From an uncultured Planctomycetaceae bacterium (GTDB taxonomy: Bacteria; Planctomycetota; Planctomycetia; Planctomycetales; Planctomycetaceae), in contig CAWFGE010000013.1 of the NCBI GenBank assembly GCA_963815195.1, positions 96,001 to 160,000 of the forward strand: a DNA stretch of 64,000 nt. Direction: 5' to 3'. The notes under the pieces were generated by a model. It was given only the letters and a program-made list of their open reading frames with translations, had not been told where the DNA came from and made no database searches. Below are positions 31,199-41,505 of the stretch, one piece after another (within the stretch, counting starts at the first letter, position 1; the number at the start of each line of letters is the position of its first letter). A program made the position numbers and the translations under genes.

Positions 31199-32656
31199 TC
31201 ACAAGGCCGCTTTGCGACCGGGTTTGGTTTGGGGGATCGACTCCATGCCGCAGGCCCCTGCAGTGGGCAGCATTTTTTGCGGACTCAAGCGGCCGGTCGG
31301 ATTGAACGCCGCACGCACGTCCGCCATCACCGCGAGATCCGTTTCGCTGAAGAGCTTGTTCATGAAGGAGATTTTTTCCACGCCGATGCCATGCTCGCCC
31401 GTCACACTGCCGCCGAGCTCGATGCACTTGGCGAGAATCTCATCGCTGGCGTGCATCACCCTCTCGACCTGCTCTTTATCGCGCTCGTCGAACAGCAGGA
31501 TCGGATGGATATTCCCGTCCCCGGCATGAAACACATTCACGATCCGCACCTCATGCCGGCGTCCGCAGTCGGAAATAAAATCCAGAATCTCAGGCAGCCT
31601 GGTGCGGGGCACGACGCCGTCCTGCGTGCAGTAGCTGGGACTCAACCGGCCGATGGCACCGAAGGCTTGCTTCCGGCATTTCCACAAGAGTTGCCGTTCT
31701 TCCTGCGACTCGGCCCGGCGGACTTCTCTCGCTCCGGCCTGCTGGCAAAGTTGCACAATCCGCTCCGCTTCGCCGTCGACGGCCGTTTCCAAGCCGTCCA
31801 CTTCGATCAGCACCACGGCCCCGGCATCCAGCGGAAACCCAAATTGAAACGCCGCTTCCAAGGCTGCGATAATGCCCTGATCCATCAATTCGAGCGCAGC
31901 CGGGACGATGCCGGCTCCGATGATTCCGCTGATGGCGGTCGTCGCTTCGCGGACGGTCTCGAACACGGCGAGCATCGTGCGGTACGCCGCGGGGTCGCGG
32001 GTCAGCCTCACGATGACCTTCGTGCAAATGCCGAACGTGCCTTCGCTGCCGACGAACAGGCCGGTCAAATCGTAGCCGGGCCGTTCCTCGACCGGCCCGC
32101 CGAGCCTTTGCACCGTGCCGTCGGGAAGCACGACTTCCAAACCCAAGACATGGTTGACCGTCACGCCATATTTCAAAGTATGCGGGCCGCCGGAGTTGGT
32201 GGCCACGTTTCCGCCGATCGTGCAAGCCCCCTGACTCGAGGGATCGGGGGCATAATGATAGCCGGTGCCCTTGAGGTGCTGCGTGAGGTGCACGTTGACC
32301 AGGCCGGGCTCCACGATCGCGTAGCGGTCCCGCAGGTTGACCTCGAGTATTTTCCGCATCCGTGTGAGGGCGATCATCACCCCGCCGCCCACCGGCAAAC
32401 AACCGCCCGCCAAACTCGTCCCCGCCCCCCGCGGCACAAAGGGCACCTCAAACTCGTTGCAGGTCTTGACGATCGCCACCACGTCTTCCGTCGACCGCGG
32501 AAACACCACCACATCCGGCGTTTTCTTCTCGACGACGTAACCGTCGCATTCGTAAACCAGGAGCTCATCGGGATGATAGATCACCCCGTCCTCGCCCACG
32601 ATTTCGCGAAAACGGTCTAACAGTCGATGCGGAGCGAATGCGGCCGGCGGCGTCAT
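31199..32656 (-). CDS. glcD: FAD-linked oxidase, glycolate oxidase GlcD-like
   Basis: PRGAGTSLAGG, PDPSS, GSEGTFG, HAGDGNIH and GEHGIG motifs. Confidence 0.85.
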   Translation of the reverse strand: MTPPAAFAPHRLLDRFREIVGEDGVIYHPDELLVYECDGYVVEKKTPDVVVFPRSTEDVVAIVKTCNEFEVPFVPRGAGTSLAGGCLPVGGGVMIALTRMRKILEVNLRDRYAIVEPGLVNVHLTQHLKGTGYHYAPDPSSQGACTIGGNVATNSGGPHTLKYGVTVNHVLGLEVVLPDGTVQRLGGPVEERPGYDLTGLFVGSEGTFGICTKVIVRLTRDPAAYRTMLAVFETVREATTAISGIIGAGIVPAALELMDQGIIAALEAAFQFGFPLDAGAVVLIEVDGLETAVDGEAERIVQLCQQAGAREVRRAESQEERQLLWKCRKQAFGAIGRLSPSYCTQDGVVPRTRLPEILDFISDCGRRHEVRIVNVFHAGDGNIHPILLFDERDKEQVERVMHASDEILAKCIELGGSVTGEHGIGVEKISFMNKLFSETDLAVMADVRAAFNPTGRLSPQKMLPTAGACGMESIPQTKPGRKAAL

Positions 32657-32741
32657 GGAGCGGTTGGTGCTATCTTCAAGGATTGTGATACGCTACAACC
32701 AACAGGCGGGACAATTCACACAGTAGAACCGGGAGAGAGGC

Positions 32742-33575
32742 GTGTCAACGGAGATCGAAAGCGGGCCGCGGATAGGACTGATCGGCACGGGGCGGATGGC
32801 GACGGCTTTGGCGCGGGGGTGGGTGCAGTCGGGCTGGCTGGCGGCGGAGAACGTCCGCGGGACCGATGTGCTGCCGGCCGCGCGGGAGCAGTTTACCAAA
32901 GCGACAGCGTGCCGGACGGTGGCAACAGTCTCCGAAGTCTTGACCGATTCGGAGGTGGTCGTCCTGGCGGTGAAGCCTCAGCACATGGGCGGCGTGCTGG
33001 CGGAGATGCGGGCCCTCGTCGCAGAGAAGCATCTGATCGTTTCGATCGCCGCGGGCGTGCCGTTGGGGGCGTTGAGCGAAACCTTGGGCTCAGACCGCCG
33101 GCTCGTGCGGGTCATGCCCAACACGCCCGCTTTGATCGGAGCCGGGGCGGCGGCATTCGCCCTGGGCGGCCAGGCGACCCCGGCGGATGCCCAACTTGTC
33201 GAGCAAATGCTCTCCACCGTGGGCCTGGCGGTCGAGGTGCCCGAAAGCCTGCTAGATGCGGTCACCGGGCTTTCCGGCAGCGGGCCGGCTTATGTGTATC
33301 AGATCATCGAAGCCCTAAGCGACGGCGGCGTGCGGGTGGGCTTGCCCCGCGACATCGCCACCAAGCTCGCGGCTCAGACCGTGCTCGGAGCCGCGCGGAT
33401 GGTCCTGGAAACCGGGGAGCATCCGGGAACGCTCAAGGATGCGGTGACGAGTCCCGGCGGCACCACGATTGCGGGGCTGCATGCCCTGGAAGCCGGCGGC
33501 GTGCGCGGGCATCTCATCAACGCCGTCGTCGCCGCCACCCAGCGCTCCCGCGAACTGGGGCAGTCGCCGAAATGA
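32742..33575 (+). CDS. proC: Pyrroline-5-carboxylate reductase
   Basis: GTGRM, LAVKPQ, SIAAG, RVMPNTP, SGSGPAY and VTSPGGTT motifs. Confidence 0.96.
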   Translation: MSTEIESGPRIGLIGTGRMATALARGWVQSGWLAAENVRGTDVLPAAREQFTKATACRTVATVSEVLTDSEVVVLAVKPQHMGGVLAEMRALVAEKHLIVSIAAGVPLGALSETLGSDRRLVRVMPNTPALIGAGAAAFALGGQATPADAQLVEQMLSTVGLAVEVPESLLDAVTGLSGSGPAYVYQIIEALSDGGVRVGLPRDIATKLAAQTVLGAARMVLETGEHPGTLKDAVTSPGGTTIAGLHALEAGGVRGHLINAVVAATQRSRELGQSPK

Positions 33576-33651
33576 GCGGTGCGGCGCTAGCCGGCCTTGC
33601 GTTTCAACGACTTCCGTTCCTCAACACCCGCGGCTAGCGCCGAACGGCTCA
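33573..33651. repeat. REPIN (GCTAGC family) overlapping the proC stop codon
   Basis: tgagcggtgcggcgctagccg ... cgcggctagcgccgaacggctca. Confidence 0.8.
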
Positions 33652-33656
33652 CACTT

Positions 33657-34421
33657 TCAGCAGAGATCGATCGACACCGGGGCGTGGTCGGAAATCGTGA
33701 GGCCGCCTTCGCGGTGGATGACCGCCGACTCGAACCGCTTATGGGCGGCGGCGTTGGCGAGGAGGTAATCGATCCGCCAGCCGCGGTCGAGTGCGCGGGC
33801 CTGCCCGCGGTTGGACCACCAGGAATAAGGCCCCTGGCAGTCGCCGTAATGCTCGCGGACCACGTCCCGCCAACCGGTGTCCAAAAGCTGGCCGAACCAT
33901 TCCCGCTCGTGCGGCAGAAACCCGGAGGTGTTCTCGTTGGACTTCGCGTAGAAAATGTCCTTCTCGGTGTGGGCGATGTTCAAGTCGCCTCCGAAAACGA
34001 CCGGCGTTCGCTTTCGCAAAAACTTCCTCGCCCAAGGCAGGAAACCTTCCATCCAGAGTTCTTTCTGCTCCTGGCGGTGATCGCCCGAAGAACCCGAGGG
34101 CAAATACACGCTGGCGATCTCGAGGCCCGAAACCTTCACGCGGAGCAGTCGGCCTTCGGGATCGTCCTGATCCATCCCCCGCCCCAGAACTTCAAACGGC
34201 TCCCGCGACCAGACCGCGACGCCGGAGTACCCCTTCCGCTCGGCGGGATGCCAGTGGACGTGCCAGCCTGAGGGATTGGCCCATTCGGGCGGGAGTTGCT
34301 CCGGGAGCACGCGGATTTCCTGAAGCAACAGGACGTCCGGCTGGATGGTCTCCAAAAACTCGGCGAAGCCCTTCCGCAATGCCGACCGGAGCCCGTTGAC
34401 GTTCCATGTTGTAATCCGCAT
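33657..34421 (-). CDS. xth: Exodeoxyribonuclease III / AP endonuclease
   Basis: TWNVNGLR, LQE, GYSGVA, GDLNIAH, GWRIDY and SDHAP motifs. Confidence 0.95.
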   Translation of the reverse strand: MRITTWNVNGLRSALRKGFAEFLETIQPDVLLLQEIRVLPEQLPPEWANPSGWHVHWHPAERKGYSGVAVWSREPFEVLGRGMDQDDPEGRLLRVKVSGLEIASVYLPSGSSGDHRQEQKELWMEGFLPWARKFLRKRTPVVFGGDLNIAHTEKDIFYAKSNENTSGFLPHEREWFGQLLDTGWRDVVREHYGDCQGPYSWWSNRGQARALDRGWRIDYLLANAAAHKRFESAVIHREGGLTISDHAPVSIDLC

Positions 34422-34469
34422 AAGCCATCGCCAATCGAGCCGCTGCCTGTCTTTTGCCCTAAGCCAACA

Positions 34470-34494
34470 CCGGCGGCTAGCGCCGTGCCGCTCA
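34470..34494. repeat. Single REP arm (GCTAGC family)
   Basis: ccggcggctagcgccgtgccgctca. Confidence 0.8.
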
Positions 34495-34513
34495 AGATAC
34501 GCGATCGGACGGG

Positions 34514-34756
34514 CTATTCCGCCTCCGGGTTTTCCGCTTGCTGGCGTTCCTCTTCGCGGAACTGGTTTCGGGCGTGTTCCAAAACTGCCTCGAACGAGGC
34601 CCCGGTGCGCTTGCAGATGTGCATAATGTCGGTGAGCAAATAGGTCATCGCGACATCGACCGGTTCGCCGCCCAATCCTTCCGGCAACCAGCTATAATGC
34701 CGAGACCGAATCACCGCCTGCACATCGTCGAGCCAGTTGCTGCGATTGACCGTCAT
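34514..34756 (-). CDS. Small hypothetical protein
   Basis: 80-aa helical ORF with GAGGAG RBS; contains LLTDIMH..A..QFREE. Confidence 0.7.
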   Translation of the reverse strand: MTVNRSNWLDDVQAVIRSRHYSWLPEGLGGEPVDVAMTYLLTDIMHICKRTGASFEAVLEHARNQFREEERQQAENPEAE

Positions 34757-34972
34757 ATTTGTCTCCTCTCAAAGTGTCTGTGGAAGCTGCGATTCTATCC
34801 GGTCGCAAAGTCGTTGACGATGCGGAGGCGGAGACTGCCGAATCGCATTATCGCTTGTTTTTCCCGTCAAATAATGTTCTCATTTCCCAGACTACTGTAC
34901 ACGCAATCTGTCAAGATCCTGTTCCGCATTGGGGTGAGAGACTGCGCATCCGAAAAAACTGGGGTTTGGACG

Positions 34973-35284
34973 ATGGAGGCGGATAATTCGACGAATCGGA
35001 AGAACCCCGATTGGTGGGAACCGCTTTGGGATTTGGTGGTTCATGTCCTTGTGGGTACGTTGCTTTTCGCCATCGTTTTCGCCCCAGCGGTGGGGTTGGA
35101 AATCCTGATTCACTGGTTGGAAGAAAACTATCGCCTTAGCCAATTCCTAATCTACTTGCTGGTTTACACAAAGTATATAATTGCAGCAATTGATGCCATC
35201 TTGTATGTTCTGTTTATGATCCGGATGGGGTGGCAATTCTTCGCTTCATTATTTCATATCGAAAGAACAGAAGGCGATGCTTAA
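34973..35284 (+). CDS. Small two-TM membrane protein, low GC
   Basis: MEADNSTNRKNPDWWEPLWDLVVHVLVGTLLFAIVFAPAVGL..., with a second hydrophobic helix and AT-rich codons. Confidence 0.6.
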   Translation: MEADNSTNRKNPDWWEPLWDLVVHVLVGTLLFAIVFAPAVGLEILIHWLEENYRLSQFLIYLLVYTKYIIAAIDAILYVLFMIRMGWQFFASLFHIERTEGDA

Positions 35285-35462
35285 CTCCTCGGCGTTTTGG
35301 AAACTCACGCGAAAAGCAGTCCGCGATGCCGTGCGGGAATTCTTCTGGCCGTTGAAAGTCCTGTTTCAGGGATTCGCGAGTTTTATTCGTCACGTCAGAA
35401 CCAATCCCGCCAGGCAAGAGACCAATCGGTCGAATCAGGTGGAGCAATCCAATCAGAAGTAA
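35277..35462 (+). CDS. Small hypothetical protein overlapping the preceding gene
   Basis: 61-aa ORF with an 8-bp overlap; contains AVRDAVREFFWPLK. Confidence 0.45.
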   Translation: MLNSSAFWKLTRKAVRDAVREFFWPLKVLFQGFASFIRHVRTNPARQETNRSNQVEQSNQK

Positions 35463-35616
35463 GATCCGGTTCCCGGAAATTTTGAACGCGGCAACGATCG
35501 TCCCGTTGCCGCGTTTTGTTTGCCCGTAATCTTGCCGTCCCGATCGGAGATTGACAGCGTGTGTCAAATCCACATTCATCGGCGTTTCTAACTCTAAATT
35601 TGGGAGGAGTCCGGAA

Positions 35617-36954
35617 ATGCGGACGCTGATTAAAAACGCCGAGTGTGTTTTGCCGACGGGGCTTCATCGCGGGTCGGTTTTGGTGGAGGATGGAAAGATT
35701 CTCGCGATCGATCCGCCGGCAAGCGCGGCGGTGGATGAGACCATTGATGCTAAGGGCCTCTATTTGCTGCCGGGGGTGATCGACGACCAGGTGCATTTTC
35801 GCGATCCGGGCTTGACCCACAAAGAGGATCTGCACACCGGGAGCCTGGCCTGCGCCAAGGGCGGCGTGACGACGTTTTTGGAAATGCCCAACACCAAGCC
35901 CGCGACGATCACGCGGGAATGTCTTTATGAAAAACTCGAACTCGCCGCGGAAAAGTGCGTGGTGAATTTTGGGTTTTATATCGGGGCCACGCCTCGGAAT
36001 GTCGAAGAACTCAAAACCGCCGACCGCACGCCGGGGATCAAGATTTTCATCGGCTCGAGCACGGGCGATTTGCTGGTCGATGAGCAGGAGGCTTTGGAGC
36101 GGATCTTCGCGGAGACCACGCTTCCGATCTGCGCCCACTGCGAAGATGAAGCCACCGTGCGGGCGAATGCGAAAGCCTTGGACGGCGGAAAAGACCTCCG
36201 CGACCATTCGCGAATCCGCGATCATGCCGCCGCCGTCATCGCGACCCGGCGGGCGATGGATTTGGCGAAGAGGCATCGGCACCGCTTTCATGTGCTGCAC
36301 GTTTCCACGGCCGATGAGGTGGAGTTGTTAAAGCAGCACGGGGAATACGTCACCGCCGAGGCCTGCCCGCATCACCTGTTCTTCAATGTGGACGATTATG
36401 ACCGCCTGGGTTCGCGGGTGCAGATGAATCCATCCATCAAAACCAAAGCCGACAACGAAGCCCTCTGGCAGGCCCTGCGGGAGAACATCATCCAAGTCGT
36501 CGCCACCGACCATGCCCCGCATACGCTCGAAGAAAAAGCTCGGCCCTATCCGGAGTCGCCTTCGGGATTGCCCGCGGTGGAAAACTCGCTGGCACTCATG
36601 CTCGACGCCGCGCACCGCGGGCTGTGCACTTTGGAGCAAGTCGTTTCCTGGATGTGCGACGCCCCCGCGCGGGTGTGGGACATTGTGGACAAAGGCCGTA
36701 TCGCCGAGGGCTATGATGCGGATCTCGTGCTGGTCGATCTCGATCGCCGGGCGACAATCCGCGATGCCGAGCAGGTCACGAAGTCCGGCTGGAGTCCCTG
36801 GGACGGCGTCACGCTCACCGGCTGGCCGGTCAAAACCTGGGTGGGCGGAAAGCTTGTGTTCGACGAAGGGCGATTCGACAATACCCACCGCGGCCGGGAG
36901 GCCCGTTTCGATCACGCCCGCGGCGGGTATTGGAAATCCCTGGACACAGATTAG
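35617..36954 (+). CDS. pyrC: Dihydroorotase (amidohydrolase family)
   Basis: [33 protein letters not shown] and ATDHAPH motifs. GGAGGAG RBS. Confidence 0.88.
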   Translation: MRTLIKNAECVLPTGLHRGSVLVEDGKILAIDPPASAAVDETIDAKGLYLLPGVIDDQVHFRDPGLTHKEDLHTGSLACAKGGVTTFLEMPNTKPATITRECLYEKLELAAEKCVVNFGFYIGATPRNVEELKTADRTPGIKIFIGSSTGDLLVDEQEALERIFAETTLPICAHCEDEATVRANAKALDGGKDLRDHSRIRDHAAAVIATRRAMDLAKRHRHRFHVLHVSTADEVELLKQHGEYVTAEACPHHLFFNVDDYDRLGSRVQMNPSIKTKADNEALWQALRENIIQVVATDHAPHTLEEKARPYPESPSGLPAVENSLALMLDAAHRGLCTLEQVVSWMCDAPARVWDIVDKGRIAEGYDADLVLVDLDRRATIRDAEQVTKSGWSPWDGVTLTGWPVKTWVGGKLVFDEGRFDNTHRGREARFDHARGGYWKSLDTD

Positions 36955-37307
36955 AACGTGGGAGTTTCCACGTGCGCGGTGCCGGTCGGGTTTTCGTCCG
37001 CTTGCCCGTCGGTGCGAGGCAGCGGGATCCGCTGGGGCGGCTGGGAAGGTTTTTGAGGCCCCGCTTTTTTCGGAGAAAATGCCCCCAGCCAGTTCGACCA
37101 GACGGACGGTTTGGATTCCTCGGCACCAGTCTGGGAAGCGGCGGGTTCGATGCGGGTTGCAACCGGGTCGGGAATTGAACTCGCCGGGGCCTCGGCTTGG
37201 GCGGGTCTTGGCTTCGGTTTCTCGCCCGCGACAAACGTGCGGTCTGGGGAAAGACAGCCGGTGAGGGTGGCGCAGAAAGAAATCAAAATGACGAACTGCC
37301 AGAGCAT
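36951..37307 (-). CDS. Small predicted lipoprotein
   Basis: LTGC lipobox, Pro-rich body, C-terminal RIPLPRTD. Confidence 0.65.
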   Translation of the reverse strand: MLWQFVILISFCATLTGCLSPDRTFVAGEKPKPRPAQAEAPASSIPDPVATRIEPAASQTGAEESKPSVWSNWLGAFSPKKAGPQKPSQPPQRIPLPRTDGQADENPTGTAHVETPTF

Positions 37308-37391
37308 CTCGAGTTTCCTTTCCCGCAGAACAGGAACGGTGGAACCCCCTCGATTTCGGAACTTAAAGGCTGACAGAACCTTGCGCGGGTT

Positions 37392-37583
37392 TCAGAAGGA
37401 ATCCGCGTTCGTGTTCGCGGGGGCGCTTCGCCCGGGATTTTCCAGCGGCGGCTCGGTTTGGGGGGGCGGTCCGCCGAACTTGGGCAGGCCGTCAAACACA
37501 TTGGGCGACGTCGACCAGGGGCAGCCCGTCAACATCAAACTCGTCAAGACCAACGCACTGAGTAGAAAGAAAGACTTGCGCAT
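37392..37583 (-). CDS. Small predicted lipoprotein
   Basis: MRKSFFLLSALVLTSLMLTGC lipoprotein signal. Confidence 0.6.
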   Translation of the reverse strand: MRKSFFLLSALVLTSLMLTGCPWSTSPNVFDGLPKFGGPPPQTEPPLENPGRSAPANTNADSF

Positions 37584-37844
37584 CTGCCGGCTTCCTCTTG
37601 AAACCCCAAACCGCGAAACACACGAGGTTCCGGCCCCTCAGACATCCTGCCTGGGAAGCATCCGGCCTAAGAACGTAACAGGAACGGCCCAACGTGAGAA
37701 GTCCAGATTCCGCGAAAAAATGGATCTCGGCCTTGGCGATTCAACAAAACCATCGTTCACAAAATGATTCTGTGAACCATGATTCTGTGATGAAAATTGG
37801 ATTCCCCATTTTGTGATGACACCAAGGGCCGACCGCTGAGCCCG

Positions 37845-38684
37845 TTAAATGTCCGGATTGAGAATTGCCCGCGCCCAGAGGTAGGCGACGACGTTCAGAA
37901 CGAGCGCGGCACAGAGCATGATTTGTCCGGGAACCGTCGTAAACAGCCGTTCGGTGTTTTCCTGGTCGATAACGAAATAGTACATCGCCAAAATCACCAA
38001 GGGAGCCAAGGCCATATAAACGGCGGAGGAGCGGGCCTGGGCGGTTTCCGAGCGGATTTTTCGTTCGAGCCGCTGGAGTTCCCGCACCGAATGGGCGATG
38101 CGGTCCACCGTCTCGTTCAACCGGCCGCCGCTTTCCCGGCTGGCTTCCATCGCGGCGGCGAACAGGGCAAAGTTTTCGCTCCGCAATCGCTCTTTGGTTT
38201 CGACGAGGCAGCGTTCCATCGGCTTTCCCAGTTGATATTCGCCGTGCATTTGCTGGAACTCCTGGCAGATGGGGCGAGGCGTTTGCTGGGCGAGAATCTC
38301 GATCGCCTGGGCCAAAGACAGGCCCGCTTTGATCGCGCTCGACAGCGAGACCATCGCATCGGCGAGCTGGTCTTCGATTTTCTCCGCCCGGCGTTCGGCC
38401 ATCCGCCGGACGACATACCAGGGCAGACTGAGAAGCAATCCACAAACTCCCAGCCCCAGCACGAACATGTCCCACAACACCCAGAACACCAGAAACACCC
38501 CGGCGACAAACGCCAGCCAGCTTAGCAGATACGCCCGCAGGCGCACGGTTTTGATCCGCAGCCGCCGCAGCTTGTCGCGAAAATCCGCCTCGACGGACGC
38601 CAGCCAACCGCGGTAGAGATCCGCCCCCGCAACCGCCGCGAGCGCAACGGCCAGTCCAATCAAAATGCTGGAGATTGAGGGCAT
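37845..38684 (-). CDS. tadB: TadB-like pilus assembly platform protein (T2SS F family)
   Basis: QLADAMVSLSSAIKAGLSL, ESGGRLNE and KIRSETAQAR motifs, with TM helices. Lies downstream of the CpaF gene. Confidence 0.85.
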   Translation of the reverse strand: MPSISSILIGLAVALAAVAGADLYRGWLASVEADFRDKLRRLRIKTVRLRAYLLSWLAFVAGVFLVFWVLWDMFVLGLGVCGLLLSLPWYVVRRMAERRAEKIEDQLADAMVSLSSAIKAGLSLAQAIEILAQQTPRPICQEFQQMHGEYQLGKPMERCLVETKERLRSENFALFAAAMEASRESGGRLNETVDRIAHSVRELQRLERKIRSETAQARSSAVYMALAPLVILAMYYFVIDQENTERLFTTVPGQIMLCAALVLNVVAYLWARAILNPDI

Positions 38685-38708
38685 AGTTTGGGCCAGAAAA
38701 ACTCGGTG

Positions 38709-38789
38709 TGAGCGGCACGGCGCTCGCCGCCGGTCTTGACTTGGATACCTTTCGCTTCATCGAAACCGGAGGCTAGCGCCTACCGCTCA
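38709..38789. repeat. REPIN (GCTAGC family)
   Basis: The right arm plus flank (38763-38800) is the reverse complement of 7811-7848 with one mismatch. Confidence 0.85.
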
Positions 38790-38909
38790 CGTTTTCAAAC
38801 ACTTTCTAAACTCCGCCGCGCCGTAGAACACGCAAGCTTGACCCCCCATCAGCAGGTGCCGAACCGCGTGGGCCTCTTCCAATCGTTTCAAGCGTTCTTC
38901 GGGCGTCAT
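38787..38909 (-). pseudogene. Truncated remnant resembling the N-terminus of a nucleotidyltransferase-family protein
   Basis: Manual translation MTPEERLKRLEEAHAVRHLLMGGQACVFYGAAEF-RKCLKT*. The frame runs into the REPIN flank where the catalytic DxD would be expected. Confidence 0.45.
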
Positions 38910-39036
38910 GGCGATCTCGGGGTTTCAAAAGGCGTCGGGAGCCGCGTTCCATAACTTTCATCATATCGAAACGGTCAGATTGTATTCCACGTCGATTCCC
39001 GATCGACAGAACCAGCCGGCTGGCGCGGCCGGTCGC

Positions 39037-40933
39037 CTATTCTTTCTCCCAGCCGCCGTATAAGAATTCCAGCCGCAACAGGTCGCGGTCGATGAGGGCG
39101 TCGATGAAGCTGGGCAGATAGCCGGTGGGTCTTAAAGCCTGGTCGTCGCGGTCGTTGAAGATGTCGACGACGGTGAGTCCCTCGCGGACGGGATCGTAGC
39201 CGGCGACTTCGGAGATTTGCGACACGACCCGCCGGCCGCCGGGCTTGCGGTGGATCTGCACGACGACATCGATGGCGGAGGCGATTTGATGCTGGATCGC
39301 CGCCACCGGCAGATCGACCGCCATCAACACCAAAACTTCCAACCGCTTGAGCACATCGACAGTGCTGTTGGCGTGAATGGTGGTCATCGAACCGTCGTGG
39401 CCGGTGTTCATCGCTTGCAGCATGTCGAGGGCTTCGCCGCCCCGGCATTCGCCGACGAGAATCCGGTCCGGCCGCATCCGGAGCGCATTCCGCACGAGAT
39501 CGCGGATCGTATATTCCCCGGTGCCTTCCACGTTCGGCGGCTTGGTTTCCAGGGTGACGACGTGGTCCTGGTGCAGCTTGAGTTCCTGGGTGTCTTCGAT
39601 GGTCACGATCCGGTCGCGGTGCGGAATGAAGCTGGACAGCACGTTGAGCATCGTCGTTTTCCCGGTGCCCGTGCCGCCGCTGACCAGGATGTTTCGCCGG
39701 TCGATCACGCACGCCCGCAGAAAAAGCGCGGCCGCGCTGGGCAACGTGCCTTTTTCGATGAGGTCGTCCATCGTGAATCGGCGGACGGGGAACTTGCGGA
39801 TCGTCAGGCACGGACCGCGGACGGCGAGCGGGGGGATGATCGCATTCACCCGGCTGCCGTCGGGAAGGCGGGCATCGACCAGCGGCTGGCTTTTGTCGAT
39901 TCTTCTGCCGACCTGGGCCACGATGCGTTCGATGATGGATTCGGTGACCTTGTCCGAAATAAACCGCCGGCCCGAAAGTTCCACCACGCCGTCGCGCTCC
40001 ACGTAAATCTGGTCGCTTTTGACGACCATGATTTCGCTGATCGTCGGTGCGCGGAGCAAATCCTGCAAGGGGCCAAAGCCGAACACCGTGTCCTTCAGAT
40101 CTTTTTTGAGTGAGCGGAGAATCAGATAGCGTTTGAGTTCCTGATGCAAATGCGGGCGGACGAGCGGAAAGACGTCGGCGAACTTGTGCTCCACCTGGCT
40201 GATTTTCCCGCTGAGATCCGGCTGCGAAAGCAAATCCAACCGCTCCCGCGCGAAGTGCAGCAGGTTGTCGAGTTCGGTTTCGCGTTCGGGAACCAAGGTG
40301 GCGGGCACGTCGAACTCGTTGTACGTCAGCCGGGCCAAGGTGTCGAGTTCGTCCCGGTCGCTTTCCAGGATCAACTGATTGACCAATAAGTCCCGGAGCG
40401 TCAGGCCCACGATCTCTTCCAACAGCGGATCGTTTTCCGGGCCGAAGAGTTCCAACTCCCGGCAGACATCTTCGATCTGGCGCTCCAAGAGCAAAATGCT
40501 TTCCGTATCGCCCATCCGCCGGCTTTCGAGTTCGTAAAGATCGAACCGCTCCAAGAGCTTCGCATGCACGCGGAGTTCCAGGTCGGCCATGATCGACCGC
40601 AGATGGGCTTCCATCTCGGCCCGGCTGATGGGGGCGGCTTCTTCGGATTCGAACGTCAGCGTGTAAGGCCAAATCCGCACGGTCTCCCCGGGCGAGAACT
40701 CGAGCGACTCGCCGCCGATGATCTCCGCATCCCCGACCATGCAGTCTGTTGAGGCCGATGTTCTCCAGTCGCAGCTTGCCGTTCTCGCGATAGACGACCG
40801 CCTGATGTTTGGAGACGAGCGGACTGTTGAGCACGATCTGATTGGACCCATCCCGCCCGATGGCGATGGAATCGAGTTCGGTCTCCACCATCGACCGCCG
40901 GCTCTCGTGGACTTTGTTGAACCAGATTTTCAT
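39037..40933 (-). CDS. cpaF: CpaF/TadA pilus assembly ATPase with N-terminal FHA domain (frameshift near 40748)
   Basis: IAIGRD...SPLVSKHQA FHA-like start in one frame. DARLPDGSRVN, SGGTGTGKTT, IEDTQEL, ALRMRPDRILVGECRG and MNTGHDGSMTTIHAN in ORF 39037-40851. Confidence 0.9.
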
Positions 40934-41011
40934 TTTGAAGAAGGCCGCAAAGGGGCAAAGGGCACACAGGCCACAAAGGGGGAAGGCAAGGGAATGGCAG
41001 CGTTGCGTTTG

Positions 41012-41361
41012 TTATTTGTTCTTGTCTTCGAGTTTACGGATGAGACTTGTGAGCATGCGTTCGATTTCTCGGGCAAGCTCGTCGAGTTCTGTGTCGAGTT
41101 CGCTCGGGCGATCAGGAGTTGGGTTTGGACCTCGCAAAGAGAACCTTCGGAGATGTGCAGAAACCGGATGTAGTCTTTGGTCGTGTGCCGGCCGTAGCCT
41201 TCGGCGATGTTGCTGGGAATGGAAACGGCACACCGGCGAATCTGCGCGGTCAGCCCGAATCTCTCGTCAGGGGGAAAGTTCCGGGTCATCTCATAAATCC
41301 GCGTCACAAACTCGACGGACTTTTGCCAGACAATCAGATCTCGATAAGACTGAATTGCCAT
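41012..41361 (-). pseudogene. Four-helix-bundle gene copy with a 19-bp deletion
   Basis: Near-identical to 41506-41874 but lacks gcagaaaattgaggttctt (near 41106), which shifts the frame. Confidence 0.8.
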
Positions 41362-41505
41362 GTCAATCCGCTTTCTGTTTTGGAGGAATGTCAACGCTTC
41401 ATGGAATCCTGTCTCCCCTTTGTGGCCTTCTGAAAAGGCCGCAAAGGGGCAAAGGCCACACAGGCCACAAAGGGGGAAGGCAAGGGAATGGCAGCGTTGC
41501 GTTTG

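Noticed and set aside
34913..35473. Integron cassette (attC)
   Set aside because: The flanks lack the RYYYAAC..GTTRRRY palindromic structure, and no integrase is present.
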